DNA of 64,000 nucleotides from Gammaproteobacteria bacterium (GTDB taxonomy: Bacteria > Pseudomonadota > Gammaproteobacteria > Arenicellales > CAJQKF01). Numbering within the stretch: position 1 is the first letter of the stretch; each line of letters begins with the position of its first letter. The translations under genes were made by a program, and so were the position numbers. Shown here piece after piece: positions 8,465 through 17,225 of this stretch. A model generated the notes under the pieces. It did not search any database. It was not told the DNA's origin and worked only from the letters and a program-made list of their open reading frames with translations. The DNA is taken from NCBI GenBank assembly GCA_030429665.1, contig JAUIEZ010000004.1, forward strand, positions 3,967 through 67,966, read 5' to 3'.

Positions 8465-10456
8465 TCAGTTCTCCGCCTCGGCGCGCGCGAGGGTGACCAG
8501 CACGGCACCCTCGGCCACCTGGTCGCCGACCCGCGCGGCGATCTCCTCGATGACGCCGTCGCGCGGCGCGGCGAGGGTCTGTTCCATCTTCATGGCCTCC
8601 ATGACGACCAGCGCGTCGCCCGACGACACGGCGTCGCCGGCGGCGGCCAGCACGCTGATCACCTGGCCCGGCATGGGGGCGCGCACGACATCCTCGCCGG
8701 CGCCCTGCTCGTCGCTCTCGGCGAGATGGTCCGGGAGTTCGAAGCGCCAGGTTTCACCAAGCATGAACAGCGTCACGCTGGTCAGGTCGATGTACGCACC
8801 GGCCTCGATGACGTGATCGTCGATGGTGGTGCGCAGGCGGTGCGCGCCGACCCGCGACAGGCGCGCCGACACCGTGTGTTCGCCGCGGGACACCGTCACC
8901 GTGCCGTCGCCGCGGCTGGCAAGCTCGAGTTCCAGCGCCTGTCCGTCGCGGGTCAGGTGCACGTACTGGCGGGCGCTGGCGAAATGGCGCCAGCCCTTGA
9001 GTGTGTCGAACGGGTCGTCGCCGGCCGCCGGCGCGGCGAAACCGCCCGCGCACAAGGCGGCGATCACCACCGCCTCGAACGGCGCGTCGTCGGCTTGCAC
9101 CAACGATTTCAGGTCGCGTTCGATGAGGCCGGTATCGACGCGGCCGGCGCGAAAACCGGCGTGCCGCGACAGTCGCGCAAGAAATCCGGCGTTGGTCACG
9201 CAGCCGGCCACGTGGCACTCGGCCAGCGCCGCCGACAGGCGCGCGAGGGCCGCCTCGCGATCCGCGCCGTGAACGATGACCTTGGCGATCATCGGGTCGT
9301 AGAACGTCGTGATGGTGTCGCCGGCACGCACGCCGGAGTCGACGCGGGCGTTGGCCGTCGGCAGGTCGAGGTGGAGCAGGGTGCCGGTGGCCGGCAGGAA
9401 GCCGCGATCGGCGTCCTCGGCGTACAGGCGCGCCTCGAAGGCATGACCGTCGATGGCGAGCCGGTCCTGGGTCAGCGGCAAGGATTCGCCGGCCGCCACG
9501 CGCAGCTGCCATTCGACGAGGTCCAGGCCGGTGATCGCCTCGGTGACCGGGTGCTCCACCTGCAGTCGCGTGTTCATCTCCATGAAGTAGAAGCGTTCGG
9601 GGTGCAGCCCCTCGGAAGCGTCGGCGATGAACTCCACGGTGCCGGCGCCGCTGTAGTCCACGGCTCGCGCGGCGCGCACCGCCGCCTCGCCCATCGCGCG
9701 GCGCATTTCCGGTGACATGCCCGGGGCCGGCGCTTCCTCGATGACCTTCTGGTGGCGCCGCTGCAGCGAACAATCGCGCTCGAACAGGTAGACCGCGTTG
9801 CCGTGGGTGTCGCCGAACACCTGCACCTCGATATGGCGCGGCGTTGAGACGTACTTCTCGACCAGCACGCGGTCGTCGCCGAAGCTGGACGCGGCCTCGC
9901 GGCGCGCGCCGTCCAGCGCCGCGGCGAACTCCTTCGCCGTGTTGACCCGGCGCATGCCCTTGCCACCGCCCCCGGCACGCGCCTTGATTAGCACCGGGTA
10001 ACCGATCTCGCCGGCCCGGTCGGCGAGAAAACCCGCATCCTGTTCGTCGCCGTGATAGCCCGGCACCACCGGGACGCCGGCGTCCTCCATCAATCGCTTG
10101 GCAGCGTCCTTGAGTCCCATGGCGCGAATGGCGTGACCCGACGGGCCGATGAATGCAACGCCCGCCGCATCGCACGCGTCGACGAAAGCGGGGTTCTCGG
10201 AAAGGAAGCCGTAGCCGGGGTGAACGGCCTCGGCGCCGCTTGCCTTCACCGCGGCCATGATGCGTTCGACGTCGAGGTAGCTTTGCGTGGCCGCGGCGGG
10301 ACCGATGTGAAAGGCCTCGTCGGCCATCGCCACGTGCCACGCGTTCGCGTCCGCGTCGGAGTAGACCGCCACCGTGCGGATGCCCATGGCGCGCGCGGTG
10401 CGTATGACCCGGCAGGCGATCTCGCCGCGGTTGGCAATGAGTATCTTGTCGAACAT
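8465..10456 (-). CDS. biotin-dependent acyl-CoA carboxylase alpha subunit (biotin carboxylase + BCCP), methylcrotonyl-CoA carboxylase type
   Basis: MFDKILIANRGEIACRVIRTA N-terminus, ATP-grasp core, and C-terminal biotinylation motif EAMKME. Directly follows the carboxyltransferase gene. Confidence 0.85.
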   Translation of the reverse strand: MFDKILIANRGEIACRVIRTARAMGIRTVAVYSDADANAWHVAMADEAFHIGPAAATQSYLDVERIMAAVKASGAEAVHPGYGFLSENPAFVDACDAAGVAFIGPSGHAIRAMGLKDAAKRLMEDAGVPVVPGYHGDEQDAGFLADRAGEIGYPVLIKARAGGGGKGMRRVNTAKEFAAALDGARREAASSFGDDRVLVEKYVSTPRHIEVQVFGDTHGNAVYLFERDCSLQRRHQKVIEEAPAPGMSPEMRRAMGEAAVRAARAVDYSGAGTVEFIADASEGLHPERFYFMEMNTRLQVEHPVTEAITGLDLVEWQLRVAAGESLPLTQDRLAIDGHAFEARLYAEDADRGFLPATGTLLHLDLPTANARVDSGVRAGDTITTFYDPMIAKVIVHGADREAALARLSAALAECHVAGCVTNAGFLARLSRHAGFRAGRVDTGLIERDLKSLVQADDAPFEAVVIAALCAGGFAAPAAGDDPFDTLKGWRHFASARQYVHLTRDGQALELELASRGDGTVTVSRGEHTVSARLSRVGAHRLRTTIDDHVIEAGAYIDLTSVTLFMLGETWRFELPDHLAESDEQGAGEDVVRAPMPGQVISVLAAAGDAVSSGDALVVMEAMKMEQTLAAPRDGVIEEIAARVGDQVAEGAVLVTLARAEAEN

Positions 10457-10466
10457 CGGCGCTCCC

Positions 10467-12074
10467 CTACATGCGGAACACGCCGAAGCGCGTCGGTTCG
10501 ATGGGGGCGTTGAGGCTCGCCGACAGCGACAGGCCCAGCACGTCGCGGCTCTTGGCCGGGTCGACGATACCGTCGTCCCATAGCCGCGCGGAGGCGTACA
10601 ACGGATGCCCTTGGTGCTCGAACTGGTCGATGATCGGCTGCTTGAAGGCGCGCTCCTCGTCTTCGCTCCACGAGCCGCCCTTGCGCTCGATGCCGTCGCG
10701 GCGCACGGTCGCCAGCACGCTGGCGGCCTGCTCCCCGCCCATCACCGAGATGCGGCTGTTGGGCCAGGTCCACAAAAAGCGCGGGCCGTAGGCGCGCCCG
10801 CACATGCCGTAGTTGCCGGCGCCGAAACTGCCGCCGATGATCATGGTGATCTTGGGAACGTTCGCGGTCGCCACCGCGGTCACCAGCTTGGCGCCGTCCT
10901 TGGCGATGCCGCCGGCCTCGTACTTGCGGCCCACCATGAACCCGGTGATGTTCTGCAGGAACACCAGGGGCACGTTTCGCTGGCAGCACAGTTCCACGAA
11001 GTGCGCTCCCTTGAGCGCCGATTCCGAGAAAAGCACGCCGTTGTTGGCGACGATCCCCACGGGAATGCCATGGACGTGCGCGAAACCGCACACCAGCGTG
11101 GCGCCGTAGCGGGTCTTGAACTCGTCCAGTCGCGAGCCGTCCACCAGGCGCGCGATCACCTCGCGCACGTCGTAGGGCGTGCGTACGTCGGCGGGGATGA
11201 CGCCGGCCAGCTCCGCCGGGTCGTAGTGCGGTGCCTCGACCGCGGCGCGGACCACGGATTCCGGTTTCGCCGCGTTGAGGTTGGATATCACGCGCCGCGC
11301 CAGGGCGAGCGCGTGGGCGTCGTTTCGGGCGAAGTGATCGGCCACGCCCGACAGCCGCGTGTGTACGTCGGCGCCGCCGAGGTCCTCGGCGCTCACCACC
11401 TCGCCGGTCGCGGCCTTCACCAGCGGTGGACCGCCCAGGAAGATCGTCCCCTGTTCACGCACGATGATGGACTCGTCCGACATCGCCGGGACGTAGGCGC
11501 CCCCGGCCGTGCACGAGCCCATCACTACCGCCACCTGGGCAATGCCGCGAGCCGACATGTTGGCCTGGTTGTAGAAGATGCGGCCGAAGTGCTCGCGGTC
11601 CGGAAACACCTCGTCCTGGTTCGGCAGGTTGGCGCCGCCCGAGTCGACGAGGTAGATGCACGGCAGGCGGTTGGCCTCGGCGATCTCCTGGGCGCGCAGG
11701 TGCTTCTTCACCGTCATCGGGTAATAGGTGCCGCCCTTCACGGTGGCGTCGTTGCACACGATCATGCATTCGCGCCCGGACACCCGGCCGATGCCGGTGA
11801 CGATGCCGGCGCAGGGAGCGTCGCCGTCGTACATGTCGTGGGCTGCGAACAGGCCGATCTCGAGAAACGGGGAGCCGGCGTCGAGCAGCCGTGCCACCCG
11901 CTCGCGCGGCAGTATCTTGCCCCGGGCCACGTGCCGTTCTCGCGCCGCCTCGCCGCCGCCCGCGGCCGCCGCCTCCGCCGCGGCGCGCACCCGCGCCAGC
12001 GCCTCGTCCATGGCTCTCGCATTGGCCTTGAAGGCGTCCGACCGGACGTTGACCTGGGTTGGAATGACGCTCAT
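10467..12074 (-). CDS. acyl-CoA carboxylase carboxyltransferase (beta) subunit, methylcrotonyl-CoA carboxylase type
   Basis: 535-aa carboxyl transferase with [28 protein letters not shown] and [14 protein letters not shown] motifs. Confidence 0.85.
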   Translation of the reverse strand: MSVIPTQVNVRSDAFKANARAMDEALARVRAAAEAAAAGGGEAARERHVARGKILPRERVARLLDAGSPFLEIGLFAAHDMYDGDAPCAGIVTGIGRVSGRECMIVCNDATVKGGTYYPMTVKKHLRAQEIAEANRLPCIYLVDSGGANLPNQDEVFPDREHFGRIFYNQANMSARGIAQVAVVMGSCTAGGAYVPAMSDESIIVREQGTIFLGGPPLVKAATGEVVSAEDLGGADVHTRLSGVADHFARNDAHALALARRVISNLNAAKPESVVRAAVEAPHYDPAELAGVIPADVRTPYDVREVIARLVDGSRLDEFKTRYGATLVCGFAHVHGIPVGIVANNGVLFSESALKGAHFVELCCQRNVPLVFLQNITGFMVGRKYEAGGIAKDGAKLVTAVATANVPKITMIIGGSFGAGNYGMCGRAYGPRFLWTWPNSRISVMGGEQAASVLATVRRDGIERKGGSWSEDEERAFKQPIIDQFEHQGHPLYASARLWDDGIVDPAKSRDVLGLSLSASLNAPIEPTRFGVFRM

Positions 12075-12163
12075 GACTGGCAGGTTGTTCTGGCGTTCGA
12101 GAGTGGATCGATTCGCCGGTTATGGTACCCGGCTGCCGGACTCAGGTCGATGACTCCCGGCGA

Positions 12164-12964
12164 CTATGCCGACGGGGTCCGCGCTTCGTTCGGGTGCCGA
12201 GGCCAGGCCGAGGCGTCGATGGTGTCGCGGTAGGCGTGCCAGGTCGCATAGCCGATCACCGGAATCACGACCGCGAGCGCGAGGAACGCGGTGACGAAGC
12301 CGATCAGGAGCCCAAATACGATGATCCCGGCCCATACCGCCATGGTGCCCTTGTTGCGCAGGACCGCGTTCACGCTGGTGATCACCGCGGTGATCATGTC
12401 GACCTGCCGGTCCATGATCATGGGCAGAGAAAAGGCGGTGGCGCTGAAGATGATCAACGCGAAGATGGAGCCCACGGCCGAGCCGATAGCCAGGAACACC
12501 GCAACGTCCCCGAGACTGCCCGTGGCGATGGGAAAGAACACGTGCACCATGGACGCCGCGCGGGCCCACAGCAGCAGTACGATCATCAGCACCAGCCCCA
12601 TCAGCGCCTCGTTGGCGAGATTGCGGCGCCCCTCGAACAGGCAGTAGCCGAGCGCCGGCCGGCGCCCCTGCTCGAGCTGGCAGCTCACGCTGTACAGGGC
12701 CAGCGCAATCACCGGTCCGACGAAGATGAATCCCGACACCAGTCCGATGAGCACGAAGAAACCGCCAAAGGTCCAGGCCGCCCAGGCCAGCAGCCAGCTC
12801 AGCACGACCAGGGTGATTCCGAAGGTCAGCGATGCCGTTGGCGCGCGCAGGAAGTCGTCCCATCCCTGCCGAAGCCAGCCCAGCGGCGCCCGCGTTTCGA
12901 GTATGCGGCAGGGCGCCACGTAGGGGCGCGGCGCCTCTTCGTTTGCCTGTTTTTGTTCCGCCAC
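12164..12964 (-). CDS. DUF2189 integral membrane protein
   Basis: PLGWLRQGWDDFLRAPTASLTFG N-terminal signature followed by multiple TM helices. Confidence 0.7.
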   Translation of the reverse strand: MAEQKQANEEAPRPYVAPCRILETRAPLGWLRQGWDDFLRAPTASLTFGITLVVLSWLLAWAAWTFGGFFVLIGLVSGFIFVGPVIALALYSVSCQLEQGRRPALGYCLFEGRRNLANEALMGLVLMIVLLLWARAASMVHVFFPIATGSLGDVAVFLAIGSAVGSIFALIIFSATAFSLPMIMDRQVDMITAVITSVNAVLRNKGTMAVWAGIIVFGLLIGFVTAFLALAVVIPVIGYATWHAYRDTIDASAWPRHPNEARTPSA

Positions 12965-13174
12965 GGCTCCTGTGTCCGTTCGAATGGTTGTTGCGTTGCC
13001 ACTCCCGCGACGCGCCTGAGCGCGTCCGCGAGTCTCGCGCTCCCGTCGTCGAGTTCATGATGAATCGCCTGGTCTCATGTGCCCGCCGGCGGGTTCGGTC
13101 ATTATCGGCAAAGTATCGACGGTCGTTAAAGAGCCGATCGCCGACCGGATTGACCGGCGTCAAGTTTACCCTTC

Positions 13175-13927
13175 CTATACGGGAAACTTCTCCGACCGGG
13201 CACGCGCCTCGTCGGTGGAAAACGATTCGATCGTGATTTCCTCTTCGAGATCCAGCGCGCGGCCCAGGTCCCCGGACAGGCCGCGGGTCAGTAGGTGCTT
13301 CAAGTTGCCGGTCGAGAATCTCGATTTCCCGGCCACGCGCCCGGCGACATCCATGGCGCGATGCCTGATCTCCTCGACCGGCTCGACCCAGTTGACCAGG
13401 CCCATACCGTGCAGGTCGCGCGCCGACTGGCGCTCGCCGAGCACGAGAAGTTCCATCGCGCGCTGGTAGCCGATCGCTTGCGGCAGCAGGTGGGTGACGC
13501 CGCCGGTCACGAACTGTCCCCATTCCATCTCCGGGAAAAACGCCACGAGATCCTCCGACGCGACCACCATGTCGCAGTTCAGCATCCACTCGAAACCGCC
13601 GCCGACCGCGTAGCCCTGCACGGCGCCGACGACCAGCTTGTCCATGAACATCAGGTCGCGCGTGATTCTCTGTATGCTTTCGATGTGTCTGCGCGTTGCC
13701 GCCGGGTTCTCGGTTTGCTGACCGAACTCCTTCAGGTCGTCGCCGGCGCAAAATGCGCGGCCGGCGCCGCACAGCACGACGACATCGACTTCATCGTCGG
13801 ACGCCGCGCGTTGCAGCGCCTCGTGCAGTTCCATGCACAGACCCGTGGAAATGGCGTTGAGTCGTTCGGGCCGGTTCAACTCGACAATGCCGATTCGCTC
13901 GTGGCGTTCGAAGTTTACGGATGACAT
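13175..13927 (-). CDS. enoyl-CoA hydratase/isomerase (crotonase) family protein
   Basis: C-terminal part of track ORF 13175..15172. True ATG is at 13927 (MSSVNFERHERIGIVELNRPERLNA), with the crotonase motifs GAGRAFCAGDDL and VQGYAVGGGFE. The RBS GAGAGAGG lies in the end of the ligase gene. Confidence 0.85.
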   Translation of the reverse strand: MSSVNFERHERIGIVELNRPERLNAISTGLCMELHEALQRAASDDEVDVVVLCGAGRAFCAGDDLKEFGQQTENPAATRRHIESIQRITRDLMFMDKLVVGAVQGYAVGGGFEWMLNCDMVVASEDLVAFFPEMEWGQFVTGGVTHLLPQAIGYQRAMELLVLGERQSARDLHGMGLVNWVEPVEEIRHRAMDVAGRVAGKSRFSTGNLKHLLTRGLSGDLGRALDLEEEITIESFSTDEARARSEKFPV

Positions 13928-13929
13928 GT

Positions 13930-15249
13930 TCAACCTCTCTCGATGATCGACGTTTTCCCCTCGGTGCGCGGCAGCGTCTCGAAGGCCAGCATCTCGATGG
14001 CGGCCGACGCGCCGATGGCGCCGCGTATCGCGTTCTCCAGCGCCCGGGCAGCGCCATCCCACCGTTCGCGAGGCAGGTCCGCGGCCGCCTCCACCCGGAG
14101 CCGGATTCGCTCGTAGGGTCCGGGGCCGGCCAACACGATCCGGAAATGGCCCGAGGCGATGTCCGGGTGTTCCACGATGACTTTGTGGATCGCCGTCGGG
14201 AACACGTTGACGCCGCGCACATTGAACATGTCGTCGGTGCGGCCGGTGACGCGGAAACGAAACCCCGTTCTTCCGCAACGGCACGGTCCGGCGCCGGTCA
14301 CGGTGACCACGTCGCGGGTGCGATAGCGGATCAGCGGCTGGCACGCCTTCTCCAGGTGCGTGCAAACCAATTCGCCGGAGATGCCGTCCTCGATGCCGAG
14401 TCGCTCGCCCGTGCGTGGATCCAGGAGCTCGATGAACAGCGCGTCGCCGGCGATGCAATGCAGGTCGTTGGTCTCCTCGCACTGGCTGGCGATAATGCTC
14501 ATGACTTCGCTGAGTCCGAAGTTCGCGTTGCGCACCCTGAATCCCCACTTGTCCTCCATGGTATCGCGGAAGCGCTGGCTGTCGAGTCCCGCTTCGCCGC
14601 CGAACAGCGCCAGACGCAGCCCCAGTTGCCGGGGCTCGAGGTCGAACGCCTCGCGCAGCGTCTGCTCCAGCGTCGCCGGGTAGGACGGGGTGCAGGAAAT
14701 GGCCGTGACGCGCTGGTGTCTTATGGTTTCGATCAACCGGCGGGTTCCGCCGACGCCGTACGGGATCACCGCCGCCCCCGTGCCTTCCAACGACATGTGA
14801 TCCGTTACCCCGCCCGTCCAGAGCTGGTAGTTCAGGCAGTGCACGACGCGGTCGGACGGCCGAAGCCCCGCGGCGAAGAAGCCGCGGGCGCCAAGGCGGG
14901 CGATGACCTCGAGGTCGCGCCGGGTATTGGCGATCAGCAGTGCGCGGCCGGTCGTCCCGGACGTGTGATGAATACGGTTGACGTCCTCGGGCGGACAAGC
15001 CACGTAGTTTCCGAGCGGCGGCTCTGTCTCCTGGGACTTTCGCAGCTCTTCCTTGTCCGTCAGCGGCAGCGCGCGGATATCGTCCAGGGTCGGCGTCGTC
15101 CCGGTGGCGCCGGCGAACTTTTCCCGGTAAAACGGCGATCGAGAAATGACGTAATCCCACTGTTGCCGCCATTTTTCCTCTTGCAGCACCGACAGGTCGC
15201 GCATCGACAGCGTCTCGATCTGCGGATGCAGCAGGTTTCGCGAATTCAC
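13930..15249 (-). CDS. phenylacetate-CoA ligase (PaaK)-like adenylate-forming enzyme
   Basis: HPQIETLSMRDLSVLQEEKWRQQWDYVISRSPFYREKF aligns with the PaaK N-terminus, and the AMP motif HHTSGTTGRALL is present. The probable start is GTG 15249, preceded by GGGAGA. The track start at 15330 is longer. Confidence 0.8.
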   Translation of the reverse strand: MNSRNLLHPQIETLSMRDLSVLQEEKWRQQWDYVISRSPFYREKFAGATGTTPTLDDIRALPLTDKEELRKSQETEPPLGNYVACPPEDVNRIHHTSGTTGRALLIANTRRDLEVIARLGARGFFAAGLRPSDRVVHCLNYQLWTGGVTDHMSLEGTGAAVIPYGVGGTRRLIETIRHQRVTAISCTPSYPATLEQTLREAFDLEPRQLGLRLALFGGEAGLDSQRFRDTMEDKWGFRVRNANFGLSEVMSIIASQCEETNDLHCIAGDALFIELLDPRTGERLGIEDGISGELVCTHLEKACQPLIRYRTRDVVTVTGAGPCRCGRTGFRFRVTGRTDDMFNVRGVNVFPTAIHKVIVEHPDIASGHFRIVLAGPGPYERIRLRVEAAADLPRERWDGAARALENAIRGAIGASAAIEMLAFETLPRTEGKTSIIERG

Positions 15250-15339
15250 AGGATGTCTCCCGCCGGCGCCCGGCAATGATTCGGTTGCGGACCCACGTTC
15301 ATTGTTCGTGACGGATCGATGTAGCGTCAACGCGACCGT

Positions 15340-17016
15340 TCACTGCGCCGACACCCGGGGGGCGGGCTGATGCCGGCCGAACTTGACCGAGACTTCAGAC
15401 TGCCATTCGTTGACCAGCTCGATTTCCCAGTTCAGGTATTTCATCATGGCATCCTCGATCCGGGGCATCTCGAACGGGTCGAAGAAACGTTCGAGTTCCC
15501 AGTCCACGAACGCCTTGACCAGCGACTCCTTGCCGGCGGTCGCATTCCTGAACGCCTCGGTAAGCCAGGACGTCTCGCAGTAAATTTTCTCGGCGCCGAG
15601 CGACAGTTGCCTGCCCGAGCGTGCCCACGCGTCGTTACCGCCATCGAGCACGCGAACTGAATGACCCAGGTGCCCGAGATCGGCCGCGGCCGCCGCGCTC
15701 ATCGCGGCGTTCCTTGCGGCGAGAACGATGTGCCGGCCGTTCTCGCGGATCTTCCGCCAGTGACCGGAAAGCTCTCGGCGCGGGCAGAATCCGGCGCCGG
15801 GTACGTGCCCGGCGAGGTATTCGTGGCTTTGGGACACGTCGACAACCGTCGCCTGGCCGCGTTTGAGCATGTCGTCGAGCTGGTCGGCGCCGATCCAGTC
15901 CGCGGTGGTATCGCATGCCCTGCCCGCCATAGCAGGTGACACCGCGGAGCGGGTGAGCGGGCTCGGCATGTGCACGTAGGTGTCCCGCCATCCCATTTGC
16001 CGGAGCCAGCCGGCCGTCATGTGCGCGCGCGCGAAATCATCGTCGATGAGAACGACGCGCGCCCCTCGAACGGCAATGAACTCGTCGGTGGCCTGGACAA
16101 GCTGCCCCGCGGCGACGGGAATGCCCGTGGCAAGCGTTTCAGAGTCGTTCGATCGATCGCGAAGATCGAACAGGTAGAGTGTGCGTCGATCCCGTTGCTC
16201 GACGAGCGTGCGAAGTTCCTCGAGATCGATCTCGTCGATTGCCTGTCCGCGTATTCTCGATTCCACGTCGCCGGGAATCTTTGCCGGGATATCGTCCCGC
16301 GACCATCCGCCGCCAGCCGCGCCCGGGCCGTGCTCGAGTTCGTATCCCGACAAGTGCCAGCCCATCGTACCGTTGCGAAGGACCGACACCGGGTTGCCGT
16401 ACCCGGCGTTGATCAAGCCTTGCGCGGCGATGATCCCGCGGGTTCGCCCGCCGCAGTGTACGACGACGGGCATGTCCGGGTCCGTCGCGACGTACGGCAG
16501 CGCGCGATACAGTTCGCCGCCGGGCACGTGGACGGCGCCGGGCACATGGGCAAACAGGTGCTCGCGCAGGGGACGGCAGTCGACGACCACGCCTTTCCAA
16601 TTCCCCTGTAGCCGCTCGTGAAGCCAGTCTGCTTCGACGTTCGGCGTCCGGTAGGCATGCTCGACGTACTCGCCGAACGCCTTGCTTTCCGCGTTGACGT
16701 CCTGAAACGTAGGCAGCCCGCGCGCCTTCCAGGCCGTCACCCCGCCATTGAGTATCCTGACGTCGCTATAGTCCGCGCGTTGCAGTCGCGACCGCGCTCG
16801 CTCACCAGACTCATCGTCCCCGGCGATGACGACGATGGGAACGGACCGGCGTGGGAGTCTGACCGGCGCCTCGATGTCGAGACGATCATGGGGAATGTTT
16901 ACCGAGGCGAACAACTGGTCGCGAATGAATTCTTCCTGGAACCTGACGTCCACGACCGCGATCTCGCCGTCCGCCGCGAGTATCGTCGTCAGCTCGTCAA
17001 CCTCGATGTGGTGCAT
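15340..17016 (-). CDS. four-domain rhodanese-like sulfurtransferase with a C-terminal extension
   Basis: ATG 17016 (MHHIEVDEL...) is preceded by AAGGAAAG. Active-site loops by domain: D1 VIAGDDESGERA (no Cys), D2 VVHCGGRTRG (catalytic Cys), D3 LIDDDFARAH (no Cys), D4 VLAARNAAMS (no Cys). A ~70-aa tail has no recognisable family. Confidence 0.8.
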   Translation of the reverse strand: MHHIEVDELTTILAADGEIAVVDVRFQEEFIRDQLFASVNIPHDRLDIEAPVRLPRRSVPIVVIAGDDESGERARSRLQRADYSDVRILNGGVTAWKARGLPTFQDVNAESKAFGEYVEHAYRTPNVEADWLHERLQGNWKGVVVDCRPLREHLFAHVPGAVHVPGGELYRALPYVATDPDMPVVVHCGGRTRGIIAAQGLINAGYGNPVSVLRNGTMGWHLSGYELEHGPGAAGGGWSRDDIPAKIPGDVESRIRGQAIDEIDLEELRTLVEQRDRRTLYLFDLRDRSNDSETLATGIPVAAGQLVQATDEFIAVRGARVVLIDDDFARAHMTAGWLRQMGWRDTYVHMPSPLTRSAVSPAMAGRACDTTADWIGADQLDDMLKRGQATVVDVSQSHEYLAGHVPGAGFCPRRELSGHWRKIRENGRHIVLAARNAAMSAAAAADLGHLGHSVRVLDGGNDAWARSGRQLSLGAEKIYCETSWLTEAFRNATAGKESLVKAFVDWELERFFDPFEMPRIEDAMMKYLNWEIELVNEWQSEVSVKFGRHQPAPRVSAQ

Positions 17017-17060
17017 GGTCTTTCCTTTTGTTCTCTCTGGTTTGGCTGCCCATGACAAAA

Positions 17061-17075
17061 GCAACGTTCGTGCCA
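17061..17075 (-). promoter_or_regulatory. sigma-54 -24/-12 promoter (P1) for the rhodanese-ligase-hydratase operon
   Basis: Minus strand reads TGGCACGAACGTTGC (TGGCAC-N5-TTGC). Ends 44 nt upstream of ATG 17016. Confidence 0.8.
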
Positions 17076-17225
17076 AGGCATTTCGCCGTGCCACGTCGAT
17101 GCACGACACGGCGTGGCGAACCGGGATTGGCGATCCGTGCATCTCTCCCGGTTCGGCGCGGCCGGCCGGTGCGGGTGCCTGGCCGGCGCCCGGTTGTAAA
17201 TCCTTCGAGACAGTCGTCAAGATCT

